DNA of 64,000 nt from Candidatus Omnitrophota bacterium (GTDB lineage Bacteria > Omnitrophota > Gorgyraeia > Zapsychrales > Zapsychraceae). Shown here piece after piece: positions 39,061 through 47,780 of this stretch (its first letter is position 1; every line of letters starts with the position of its first letter). The position numbers and the translations under genes are program-made. The stretch lies in contig JADFYJ010000013.1 of the NCBI GenBank assembly GCA_015233115.1, forward strand, positions 9,670 through 73,669, read 5' to 3'. Below the pieces are notes generated by a model that saw only the letters and a list, made by a program, of their open reading frames with translations, searched no databases and had not been told where the DNA came from.

Positions 39061-40132
39061 TTAACATCCCGATAATTTCTCCGGAAATGCGATGAATATA
39101 AGCATCATCAATCTCCTGGTTAACCCATAAATTTAAAATATTAGCGCCGATCCACTCACTCACTATCTGCGGCCCGGAAATTTTTCCGCTCATAAAAAAA
39201 CTAGCTGATGGCTGCCAACTGCTAATTTTAAAATTTTGTTTAAGCAAATGGCGGAATACCCGATTACGCTCATCTGAAATAAAAAAGTTAAACCGCCAGT
39301 CTACAGATCCCTCCGGAGGATTAAAAAACTCAACGCCCGACAGCTGGGCTCGATCAAAAATCTGCGTAAATTTCTCCCTATTGGAACGGCGGGCAGCAAT
39401 ATTCGCCTCAATGTTTTCCAATTCTGCGGTTAATTTATCCGCATAATCCAATGAAAATTTGTGCATAAAATTATTTTTAACTAAATGCATTTCATCCTCA
39501 AAACAGAGACATTCGTCCACTCGCCCTTCCAAAAAATATTGATTATAGATCTGCGTATGCCGACGGCTTAATTGATTAATTTTATCTTCAGCCTCTGAGG
39601 AAAATTTCCTAAATCCATTTTGAATAAAAACCATTTCCTCATAAAGTTTCTTATCATTAGTCAAGACCGCACCGCCATGTCCGATATCAATAATTTTTCC
39701 AGCGCCAAAACTCACGACCGAAATATCCCCAAAACTTCCCGCGGGCCGGTGATGAATAGTAGCCCCTTCTGCAAGAGCAAAATCTTCAATCAACGGGATA
39801 TTATTTTCTAAACAAACCTTGGAAATCTCTTCAATATCACAAACCGCTCCATACGCATGAACAGCTATCACCGCGTCAATGTCCCTCACGTTTCTCTTAA
39901 TCTCATCCAGCGAAATTCCCAAATTTCTTTTCGTGACATCCAAATACACCGGCAAATTATTAGAAAGCCTCACCCCAATCGGAACGTTCACACACACATT
40001 ATTCGGGATGGCAATCCGCTTACTCTTTAACCCCAATGCCGTTAAAGCTAGCATAATTCCAGCCGTAGCATTCCCGGTCAAAAGCACATATTCCCGTTGA
40101 TGTAATTTTGACAAAAGCTGTTCAGACTTCAT
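39041..40132 (-). CDS. DegT/DnrJ/EryC1-family aminotransferase (second copy)
   Basis: PLP lysine motif SFGAGKII and fold-type I blocks. Confidence 0.7.
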   Translation of the reverse strand: MKSEQLLSKLHQREYVLLTGNATAGIMLALTALGLKSKRIAIPNNVCVNVPIGVRLSNNLPVYLDVTKRNLGISLDEIKRNVRDIDAVIAVHAYGAVCDIEEISKVCLENNIPLIEDFALAEGATIHHRPAGSFGDISVVSFGAGKIIDIGHGGAVLTNDKKLYEEMVFIQNGFRKFSSEAEDKINQLSRRHTQIYNQYFLEGRVDECLCFEDEMHLVKNNFMHKFSLDYADKLTAELENIEANIAARRSNREKFTQIFDRAQLSGVEFFNPPEGSVDWRFNFFISDERNRVFRHLLKQNFKISSWQPSASFFMSGKISGPQIVSEWIGANILNLWVNQEIDDAYIHRISGEIIGMLNAKRTS

Positions 40133-41427
40133 GTTTTCTCAATCACTCCACATTTTTCTAATTTATGAATCACGGACGACACCAGCTTTTCTTCTATCCC
40201 TAAGCGATAGACCATGTCCGTGACACTCATAGAGCCGTCCATCACAAATAAAACCTTCAAAATCACATCCAATTCCGTCATTCGCATGTTACCAGGAATC
40301 TGTGCTCCGCCGCTTTCCGGATAAAGACCATGCCGGCTTAGCATCACTTCTCCGTGCGGTTCAACCCGGCGGTAAACTTCCCGATTTTCGATTTTATCAA
40401 TAACCTTTAAATAAATCTTTAACGTTTGCTCAATATTCTCCGCAGATACAAAATTTAAATCATCTTGTGAGGTATGATATTGCGGATAATCATAATATTT
40501 ATCTTTGGTCACACTCACAGTATTGATCCGAAAGCCAGGTGAAGAATACTGACGTTCATCACTCCCATGACCGTCAAAAGGGTAAATTTTATATTGTCCT
40601 GCTCCGTATTCGTCGGACAACACCTCAGCAACAATTTGGTTCAAATAATGATCAGCATCCCAACTTTGTTTATATCCCATCATTCCCGGACCGCCGGCCG
40701 TCGTGACAACAAAACCAGCCGCGATTTTTTTCATGATAGTTTCATTATGCGCCAAATACGCAACCGCGCCAATCGTTTCCGGAATCCAAATAAACCGGTA
40801 GCTGTAATTACATTTTTTTTTCGACAATTCGTCCGCTAAAAAGGCGGTTAAAACCAGACCGCTCAGATTATCATTCGCTAATGATGGATGGCAGATATAA
40901 GTTGAGATTAAAATTTCTTGCGGCTTTTTCCCCTTAATAAGCCATTCCCCATAGGTCAAACCGCCGTTTTTAAATTCAGCCTCGATACAAACCTCATACT
41001 CTTCATCCGCATCAATAAATTTTTTATAATCCGCGAAACTTAAACAAAAACCCCAATCTTTTTTGTAATAACTTGTCCGGTAAGGAATCGCTTGCGGATA
41101 ATTTTCTAAATAATGTAAGTGCTTTGCCAGTTCTACGCCTTTTATTTTTTTACATACCGGTTCACTGTAACTAACCACATGCAAATTTGTTTTCTTAAAA
41201 TCAATAATTTTTTCGCCTTGCGCGTTCTTGATCCAAGCATCCTGAATATTCCATTCTTGCGGAACTATCCAATCAAAAACTTTCTGACCCGACGGATATT
41301 CTCCGATTTTGAGCGGGATTAATTCTGATAAAATCCGCAATGTTTCCCTATTCCCTTCGCCCGTAATACTGCGGCAAATCGGAAAAAGCTGTTGCAAATA
41401 GTTTTCTATGTTTTGAACGCGATCCAT
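40129..41427 (-). CDS. Aminopeptidase-like-domain protein with C-terminal winged helix (COG4310-like), polysaccharide-locus associated
   Basis: 432 aa with an M28-like metal-ligand pattern (H..D..E..H); architecture recalled from glycan loci. Confidence 0.4.
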   Translation of the reverse strand: MDRVQNIENYLQQLFPICRSITGEGNRETLRILSELIPLKIGEYPSGQKVFDWIVPQEWNIQDAWIKNAQGEKIIDFKKTNLHVVSYSEPVCKKIKGVELAKHLHYLENYPQAIPYRTSYYKKDWGFCLSFADYKKFIDADEEYEVCIEAEFKNGGLTYGEWLIKGKKPQEILISTYICHPSLANDNLSGLVLTAFLADELSKKKCNYSYRFIWIPETIGAVAYLAHNETIMKKIAAGFVVTTAGGPGMMGYKQSWDADHYLNQIVAEVLSDEYGAGQYKIYPFDGHGSDERQYSSPGFRINTVSVTKDKYYDYPQYHTSQDDLNFVSAENIEQTLKIYLKVIDKIENREVYRRVEPHGEVMLSRHGLYPESGGAQIPGNMRMTELDVILKVLFVMDGSMSVTDMVYRLGIEEKLVSSVIHKLEKCGVIEKT

Positions 41428-42488
41428 TACTCTAACATTTCTTTCAATAATGCTGAATCCTCAGCAATCACCACTTTGGTTCTCCGGCCAATCACCTCAT
41501 CAATCTCCCGGGGAGAAATACCGCACGCCGGACGTTTCCAAGTGAGATCTTCTTTTTCGATCACTTTTCCTTGAGGAATAGTCCTCGCTGCTACTAAACT
41601 CCGCCGCGCATTTTGCCGCGCCGGCTGTTCCGTGGGCCACGATACCACTTCAAAACTCCCGACTAATTCCAAAACCCGCGCCATATTTCTGCGGAACAAT
41701 TTTAAATCATGTTTATCCATCGCGTGATAATGGTCATTTCCCGGGAGAGACTTGTCATGGGTAAAATGTTTTTCCAAAATCCTCGAGCCCAGCACCACCG
41801 CCGTTTCCATAGCCCGCATATCCCACGGCAGGGTGTGATCTGAATAACCAATGATCCTGTCCGGAAACGCCTGCTTCAAACCCAGGATCATGCCCAAATT
41901 GGCATTCCGGTTTTCGGTCGGATAATTAAGGATACAATGCAACAGCGCCAGGGGATTACCAAATGGTTCCACCCACCCCACCGCTTCTTTAACTTCCTCC
42001 AAATTCGACGCCCCAGTTGAAAGGATAATCGGTTTACCAAAGTTACACATCAATTGGATAAAAGGTTTATTAGTCAAATCAGATGATGATATTTTGTAAA
42101 CGCGCATCAAGTTATTCAAAAACGTGGCAGACTCGACATCAAACGGCGTGCTCATGAATTCGATCCCTGCTTGATCACAATACTTTTTTAGTTCTTCAAA
42201 TTCATTTTTCCAAAATTTATCGTGTTTTTTAAAAAGCTCATATTGGCTCCGCGTCGGCTCTTTCGTGGTATCCCAATAAGACGGAGAATTTTTCATGGCT
42301 AGGGTCTGGGCCTTGTAGGACTGAAATTTAACCGCGTCGGCTCCGCCCTCTTTGGCCTCATTGATTAAAAGCTTTGCCAAATCCATGGATCCTTCATGAT
42401 TCACTCCAATTTCCGCGATCACATAAGGATCAGTCACCGGTCTTTCCTGAATCCATTGTTTATTTTTGAATATTTCCAAAATATCCAT
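41427..42488 (-). CDS. NeuB-family nonulosonic acid synthase (copy 2, PseI-like by context)
   Basis: YVIAEIGVNHEGSMDLAK and a C-terminal SAF/antifreeze-like domain. Confidence 0.8.
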   Translation of the reverse strand: MDILEIFKNKQWIQERPVTDPYVIAEIGVNHEGSMDLAKLLINEAKEGGADAVKFQSYKAQTLAMKNSPSYWDTTKEPTRSQYELFKKHDKFWKNEFEELKKYCDQAGIEFMSTPFDVESATFLNNLMRVYKISSSDLTNKPFIQLMCNFGKPIILSTGASNLEEVKEAVGWVEPFGNPLALLHCILNYPTENRNANLGMILGLKQAFPDRIIGYSDHTLPWDMRAMETAVVLGSRILEKHFTHDKSLPGNDHYHAMDKHDLKLFRRNMARVLELVGSFEVVSWPTEQPARQNARRSLVAARTIPQGKVIEKEDLTWKRPACGISPREIDEVIGRRTKVVIAEDSALLKEMLE

Positions 42489-42493
42489 AGCGG

Positions 42494-43198
42494 TTATTTT
42501 CCTTTTAAGATATTTTTAATGATCTGCTCCGCGTCCATATCCGGCGAGACATTCAACTTAGCTAATTTTCCCAGATCTTCGGCCGTGTCAATATCCAATT
42601 TAAGCTCCGGGTGCCACAAAAATTTATTCAAAGGATCAAAAGTTTTAATAGAAAACTTATCCGGATTATCCCAAATGTAATTAAAAACATGTTCCCGCTG
42701 AGCCGGCATTTTAGCTTCACTGTTGATGCGTTCCAAAACGGAACGTGCGACCATCTCCGCGCCTAAACCGTCTGGAAATTTATTATTTCTGGGAATATGG
42801 TTATAAACATAATCACACGGGTTATACATATAAAAATCAATGAGATCATCAATGCATTCCCACGCTATGAACGGATTATCCGCGCAAACCCGGACAATAT
42901 GTGTCGCGTTGACTTTCTGTGCCGCTTGAGCAAACCGGTCAACCACATCATTTTCACTTCCTAAAAAGACCGTACCCCCCTGTTTTCGCACATGATCCGC
43001 TAATACCTGATTGTCGGCTGTATCAGGAATAGCAACGACCACTTGATCAATTTTTGCGGCTTGACTTACCCGGCCTATCACCCAATCGATAAGCGGAGTG
43101 CCCCGCAGCGAAAGCAACATTTTATTGGGCAGTCTGGAAGCGCCCATTCTTGCCTGAATGATGGCTATGACATTATTCGCCATATAAACACCTTTCAA
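42494..43198 (-). CDS. PseF-like CMP-NulO cytidylyltransferase
   Basis: IAIIQARMGASRLPNK signature. The start may be the internal ATG at 43183. Confidence 0.75.
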   Translation of the reverse strand: MKGVYMANNVIAIIQARMGASRLPNKMLLSLRGTPLIDWVIGRVSQAAKIDQVVVAIPDTADNQVLADHVRKQGGTVFLGSENDVVDRFAQAAQKVNATHIVRVCADNPFIAWECIDDLIDFYMYNPCDYVYNHIPRNNKFPDGLGAEMVARSVLERINSEAKMPAQREHVFNYIWDNPDKFSIKTFDPLNKFLWHPELKLDIDTAEDLGKLAKLNVSPDMDAEQIIKNILKGK

Positions 43199-44795
43199 TT
43201 TCCCGCCAAACTTTGAGTTTATTAGTTAAAAAATGAAATGGGCGCATCCGTTCCCACAACTGTTTTCTTAAATGCCCATCAGCACAGAGCGAATGCAAAG
43301 ATTTTATAATTTTCTTTTCCGTCTTCCCTTTACTATAAAGGCCTAAAGCGATATAGCCGTTATCCTGGCAGGCAAATTTATGGGTTTGTTCCCTGTCGTG
43401 ATGGGCAATGATAATCGAAGGAATATTCATATGCGCCAATTCATAAACTGTCCGGCCGTTTGAAGAAATTGCCAGATCCACCCGTTCCATCACTTTCGAC
43501 ATTACTCCGGTTTGATTAGTAAATGATATCCCGGAAAAACTGTTTTGTTCTATAAAATTTCTGAGGACGTCCACATACTCATAACCCGGGCCCGCTACCA
43601 CATGCACCCGGATTTTTTGCTTTTGGCAAAAGGCATAAACCGTATTCAAAACAGTGAAAGTTAAATTACCGGGATCAGTCCCTCCAAAAGTTATTAAAAT
43701 ATCTTGCACCTTTTTCCTAAAAATATATTTTTTAGCTCCAATGAATTCATCCCGCAAAAAATAATATGAGTGGCCCCAGCGATATTGGGCGCCCGGCTTC
43801 AATGGCTCATCAAAGAGCTCATTAAAAACGAGATGGGCACTCTCGCCTCCCGGCCCTAAATCTTCAAAATTAACAACTTTGATCCCTGCTTTTGTCAAAC
43901 TCTTAATGTATTTCGCTTCCGTATTAAGAATGTCATTGATTACGAGATCGGGCTTAAGAGCAATAATACGTTTAATGATCTGCCCTTTGGCACACACCTC
44001 GATAGGATAGTCATGCCCCGCGATCTTCTGAACCGCGTCTGTGCTATCCTTCTCACAAACAAAGATAATTTCATCTTTGGAATTCTCATGCGCCAAGGTC
44101 AAAGCCCGGTAAACATGGCCCATCCCCATAGCATTATTTCCAATCACGCGAAAAATAATCCGTTTTCGTTGTAGCAGACGTTCACAGACCCACCAATCCT
44201 GATAATTTTTTATCTCTAACCAGTTTTCTTCCAATAAATACGGAAACCACTGCATGGGTTGTTTTTGAGCAACCCGGGCCGCTTTAAAAAGCATAAAAGC
44301 CTTAATCTCAACGAAAAAATTCTGGTCATCTTTTTCAGTTTTCAATCCACCTTTATCATTAAGGACAAACTCATGCCTCGTTCCCTTAACTGAAACGACT
44401 CCATCACAATCTTGATTTTTAAAAAAATCATAAGCGCGTCTGAATTCATTTACCGGCACTAAAGGCGCGTACGGCCAAAAAACTAAAACATTTTCCTTGG
44501 ACGCGTATTCCGCAAAAAATTTAGGCAGTTTCCCAATAAAATCATGATCATCGATTTTTAAAATTTTATCATAATAAAAAGCAATTTGGTTACGTTCGCA
44601 AATCAAAGAAATTTCCTCTGAATCCGTGATGACCAATATCTGCGCTAACGGAACCAGCTCTTTCGCCTTATCCATAATCCGCTGAATCAGCATGACCCCG
44701 TCTAATTTTTTAATCAGGTCATCCGCGAAAGCCACATTTTTTTTGACCGCCGGAATAATAATCTGGCAGTCTAAAATTTTATTTTCGTAACTCAT
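43173..44795 (-). CDS. Fusion protein: N-terminal cytidylyltransferase-like domain plus C-terminal PseG-like UDP-sugar hydrolase (GT-B)
   Basis: C-terminal half has the PseG motif GNNAMGMGHVYRALTLA; the N-terminal 200 aa resemble CMP-sugar synthetase folds (IIIPAVKKN..). Confidence 0.65.
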   Translation of the reverse strand: MSYENKILDCQIIIPAVKKNVAFADDLIKKLDGVMLIQRIMDKAKELVPLAQILVITDSEEISLICERNQIAFYYDKILKIDDHDFIGKLPKFFAEYASKENVLVFWPYAPLVPVNEFRRAYDFFKNQDCDGVVSVKGTRHEFVLNDKGGLKTEKDDQNFFVEIKAFMLFKAARVAQKQPMQWFPYLLEENWLEIKNYQDWWVCERLLQRKRIIFRVIGNNAMGMGHVYRALTLAHENSKDEIIFVCEKDSTDAVQKIAGHDYPIEVCAKGQIIKRIIALKPDLVINDILNTEAKYIKSLTKAGIKVVNFEDLGPGGESAHLVFNELFDEPLKPGAQYRWGHSYYFLRDEFIGAKKYIFRKKVQDILITFGGTDPGNLTFTVLNTVYAFCQKQKIRVHVVAGPGYEYVDVLRNFIEQNSFSGISFTNQTGVMSKVMERVDLAISSNGRTVYELAHMNIPSIIIAHHDREQTHKFACQDNGYIALGLYSKGKTEKKIIKSLHSLCADGHLRKQLWERMRPFHFLTNKLKVWREIERCLYGE

Positions 44796-45957
44796 TCAGC
44801 ACGTCCTTGATCGCCTCTTGCAAATATAAAAATTCCTGATCGGTTAACCGATGCTGAAACGGAAAAGAAACCATGTTATCAAAAAATAAATCCGTATTCG
44901 GACAATTTGCCTTATCCAGCTTCAATTTTTTATAAAAATCATATCGGTATAATGGATAATACTGAACCACGCATTGAACACTTTTTTCTGTCGCCATCTT
45001 GCGAATAAAATCATCCCGCTTGCCATGAGTGATCCGTCCGGCCAGTAAATGATAATTATGCCGCACACTATCTTCTCTATGGAATTCCAGTTCAGAGTAA
45101 GATTTTAACGCGTCGATTAAAGAAATAGCCCGTCTGCGCTTTTGGGCATTGATTGGGTCCAGCCGTTGTAATAATTTTGTTCCTAACGCGCATTCCACTT
45201 CACCTAAACAATAATTGTTCGGCCAAACCGGTTCCCCATTCAATTGCGGCATATCCACATTACCCATGGCCGGAATCCAGTAATCTTGGCGTTCAAATGA
45301 AAACGCGCAATGCCCGTTATGTCGAAGTTGGGGAATAATATTGACGAACTTTTCATTATTGACTGCTAATACGCCACCTTCGCCTAAGGTGGTGATATTT
45401 TTATGAGAATGCAAAGAAAATACCGCCAAGTCAGCAAAAGTTCCGGATTGCTTTCCGTTAATACTCCCGCCAATCGACTGCGCGGCGTCTTCAATCACCA
45501 GTAAATTATGTTTTTTAGCCAAAGCCATAATTGAAGGCATATCCGCCACATAGCCGTACAAATGCACCACAATAATCGCTTTGGTTTTAGGAGACAGACA
45601 CCGTTCGATCGTTTCTGCCGTCACTACTCGGGTTTTCAGATCAATGTCTGCCCATACCGGGGTGACGCCTTTTTTCACAAAAGGATACACCGACGAAGTA
45701 AAAGTATGAGCCGGAACGACCACTTCATCTCCGGGTTTAAACTGACCTAATTGAGCGCAGATTTCTAACGCAGCCGTCGCGTTGCACATAGCAAAACATT
45801 TAGGCGAACCAATATATTCAGCAAATTTCTGTTCAAATTCTTTTAGGTATTTACCCTGCGTCAATGGATCCGCTGTTTTCATGGCTGTCACCACAGTCTG
45901 GATCTCGTCTTCGGTATAATCAATCGCGCGCCCGCTAAAAGGAATTTTGTAGGTCAT
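44779..45957 (-). CDS. DegT/DnrJ/EryC1-family aminotransferase (third copy; PseC-like or KdnA-like)
   Basis: PLP lysine motif FSLHSHKNIT. Confidence 0.7.
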   Translation of the reverse strand: MTYKIPFSGRAIDYTEDEIQTVVTAMKTADPLTQGKYLKEFEQKFAEYIGSPKCFAMCNATAALEICAQLGQFKPGDEVVVPAHTFTSSVYPFVKKGVTPVWADIDLKTRVVTAETIERCLSPKTKAIIVVHLYGYVADMPSIMALAKKHNLLVIEDAAQSIGGSINGKQSGTFADLAVFSLHSHKNITTLGEGGVLAVNNEKFVNIIPQLRHNGHCAFSFERQDYWIPAMGNVDMPQLNGEPVWPNNYCLGEVECALGTKLLQRLDPINAQKRRRAISLIDALKSYSELEFHREDSVRHNYHLLAGRITHGKRDDFIRKMATEKSVQCVVQYYPLYRYDFYKKLKLDKANCPNTDLFFDNMVSFPFQHRLTDQEFLYLQEAIKDVLNELRK

Positions 45958-45959
45958 TG

Positions 45960-47030
45960 TTACATCCTTTTAAATAGTGAAATCATTTTTTCATCAGTCA
46001 GGATTTTTCGAAAGTCTTTACCTAACGCATTGGTCAAAGGTTTCTCGTGAATGACTGAAGAATTCAACAATTGCTGATATTTTTCATTGGATAAATTCGC
46101 GCCAATCCCTTTTGGTAATTTAACTTTTTGCTTAGTCATCATGGTCTGATATTCCGCGTATTCCGCCGGATAAAACTCTTCCAAAACATTCATCGCGTAA
46201 CAATTGGCAATACCATGATGCATTTTAAGCGCAATACTTAAACCAGCAGAAACCGGATGGATTACGCCTACATTTCCAGCCGCGCAACCGCCCAGATAAG
46301 AGGCGATCATCATTTTTTCCCGGTTTTCATCACTCATCATATCGGCTGACAAAAAAATCTGCCGGCACATCTCAACCGCTTTTTCCGACAATGCGTCGAC
46401 CACCACATTCCGGTAACTTCCCCGTAACGATTCCACACAATGAAAATATGTATCCATGCCTGTATAAAAATATTGATCCCTGGACACTGTCACCGAAAGA
46501 TCCGGATCCATGATCAGCTGATCAAACATGGTAAAATCACTATTCATACCCAATTTAATTCCCCGGGCTTCATCTGTTAAAACACAAGTCCTCGACGACT
46601 CTGAACCTGTTCCCGACAATGTTGGAATACCAATTTTATAAATTCCCTGACCTTTCACTAAATCCCAACCCTGATACTGCGCGGCTTGTCCGCCATTAGT
46701 CAAAAGGTTGGATAAAGCCTTGGCCACATCCATGGTAATTCCGCCGCCAATACCCACTACGCAATACGGCAATTCACTGCCCACTTGATCTCTCAAATAA
46801 TCAATATCGGTATTTTTAGGTTCGTCTTTAGTATCAATGTAAAAAATTATATCTTTTTTGCCCGTCGGTATTAAATTGATCAAATCCCTGCCTTTAAAAA
46901 AAGCATCAATACAAAATACGACCCGACCGTTTTCAGAATGAGGAACATTCTTCAACAAATCGCCTAAAGCCCGGATAGCTCCTTTACCAAATACATAATA
47001 AGGCACATTTTTAATATTGCGAAAATTCAT
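45960..47030 (-). CDS. Iron-containing (type III) alcohol dehydrogenase family oxidoreductase
   Basis: VVGIGGGITMDVAK glycine motif and metal-binding His residues in the C-terminal half. Confidence 0.7.
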   Translation of the reverse strand: MNFRNIKNVPYYVFGKGAIRALGDLLKNVPHSENGRVVFCIDAFFKGRDLINLIPTGKKDIIFYIDTKDEPKNTDIDYLRDQVGSELPYCVVGIGGGITMDVAKALSNLLTNGGQAAQYQGWDLVKGQGIYKIGIPTLSGTGSESSRTCVLTDEARGIKLGMNSDFTMFDQLIMDPDLSVTVSRDQYFYTGMDTYFHCVESLRGSYRNVVVDALSEKAVEMCRQIFLSADMMSDENREKMMIASYLGGCAAGNVGVIHPVSAGLSIALKMHHGIANCYAMNVLEEFYPAEYAEYQTMMTKQKVKLPKGIGANLSNEKYQQLLNSSVIHEKPLTNALGKDFRKILTDEKMISLFKRM

Positions 47031-47590
47031 GATATAATCTCCTCTCCGGCGATCTCCTTGATAACATAAACAATTTTATCTGCGGGAAGGGCTTCTAAAA
47101 CAACAGCTCTGATCTCTTTACAAATCAACAAATGGCTTCCATCCCCGTGTTCAGGTAAATCCTCCACCTTAGTCAGATGATACGGCCCTTTAAAATGCTG
47201 ACGAAAAGCTAATTCTAATAAATCTGCCAGATCATTAACTCCCACTACGACGAAGTTACTCTCGCCTTGAGTGTTAATTTGTTCAACCAGTTTTTTTAAT
47301 TTTTCGCGGATGGTGCCGATAGAATTGATGGTCTTCATGGTGTAATGAATAGACTTGTTCATTTTTTCAGAAAAGCCTTTAGGGGTCAAAAGATATTGAA
47401 CCTTTTGTTTGTTCAATTGCTGAACACGAACCATTCCTTTAGTTACTAATCTCCGGACAAGTAGATTAATCATGCCCAAAGAAATCCCCATACGTTCAGC
47501 CAAAACGCGTTGATTTACGCCTTCCCCACTGCCGACGATATTCACTAATTCAAATTCACGTTCATCTAGCATAACTTGCCCTCTGTTCAT
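47027..47590 (-). CDS. Winged-helix (MarR-like) transcriptional regulator with C-terminal uncharacterised domain; first gene of the operon
   Basis: wHTH segment VNQRVLAERMGISLGMINLLVRRLVTKGMVRV; RBS GAGGG before the ATG. Confidence 0.6.
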   Translation of the reverse strand: MNRGQVMLDEREFELVNIVGSGEGVNQRVLAERMGISLGMINLLVRRLVTKGMVRVQQLNKQKVQYLLTPKGFSEKMNKSIHYTMKTINSIGTIREKLKKLVEQINTQGESNFVVVGVNDLADLLELAFRQHFKGPYHLTKVEDLPEHGDGSHLLICKEIRAVVLEALPADKIVYVIKEIAGEEIIS

Positions 47591-47598
47591 TAATTGAA

Positions 47599-47626
47599 CA
47601 ACGACACTATTATATTAATTTAATAA
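47599..47626 (-). promoter_or_regulatory. Near-consensus sigma70 promoter: -35 TTGACA, 16-nt spacer, -10 TATAAT
   Basis: The reverse complement of 47599-47626 reads TTGACAtaagttattaaattaaTATAAT, about 30 nt upstream of the regulator start codon. Confidence 0.65.
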
Positions 47627-47660
47627 CTTATGTCAAACAAAAAAGAGACATAAAATAAAT

Positions 47661-47724
47661 AGAAATAAATAGGGACAGAAATAAATAGGGACAGAAATAA
47701 ATAGGGACAGAAATAAATAGGGAC
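47661..47724. repeat. Four perfect tandem copies of the 16-mer AGAAATAAATAGGGAC
   Basis: Direct reading; the array lies immediately upstream of the -35 element of the operon promoter. Confidence 0.9.
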
Positions 47725-47762
47725 AGACGCTATTTTTTTGATTAAAAAATAGCGTCTGTCCC
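47720..47762. terminator. Perfect 19-bp stem / 5-nt loop hairpin flanked by T-rich tracts (bidirectional intrinsic-terminator candidate downstream of the TonB-receptor gene)
   Basis: gggacagacgctatttttt tgatt aaaaaatagcgtctgtccc, followed by ctatttattttttattttatt. Confidence 0.65.
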
Positions 47763-47780
47763 TATTTATTTTTTATTTTA

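Noticed and set aside
47661-47724. Tandem 16-mers as a possible CRISPR array
   Set aside because: The units are contiguous with no spacers. There are only 4 copies of 16 bp, and no cas genes are in the window.
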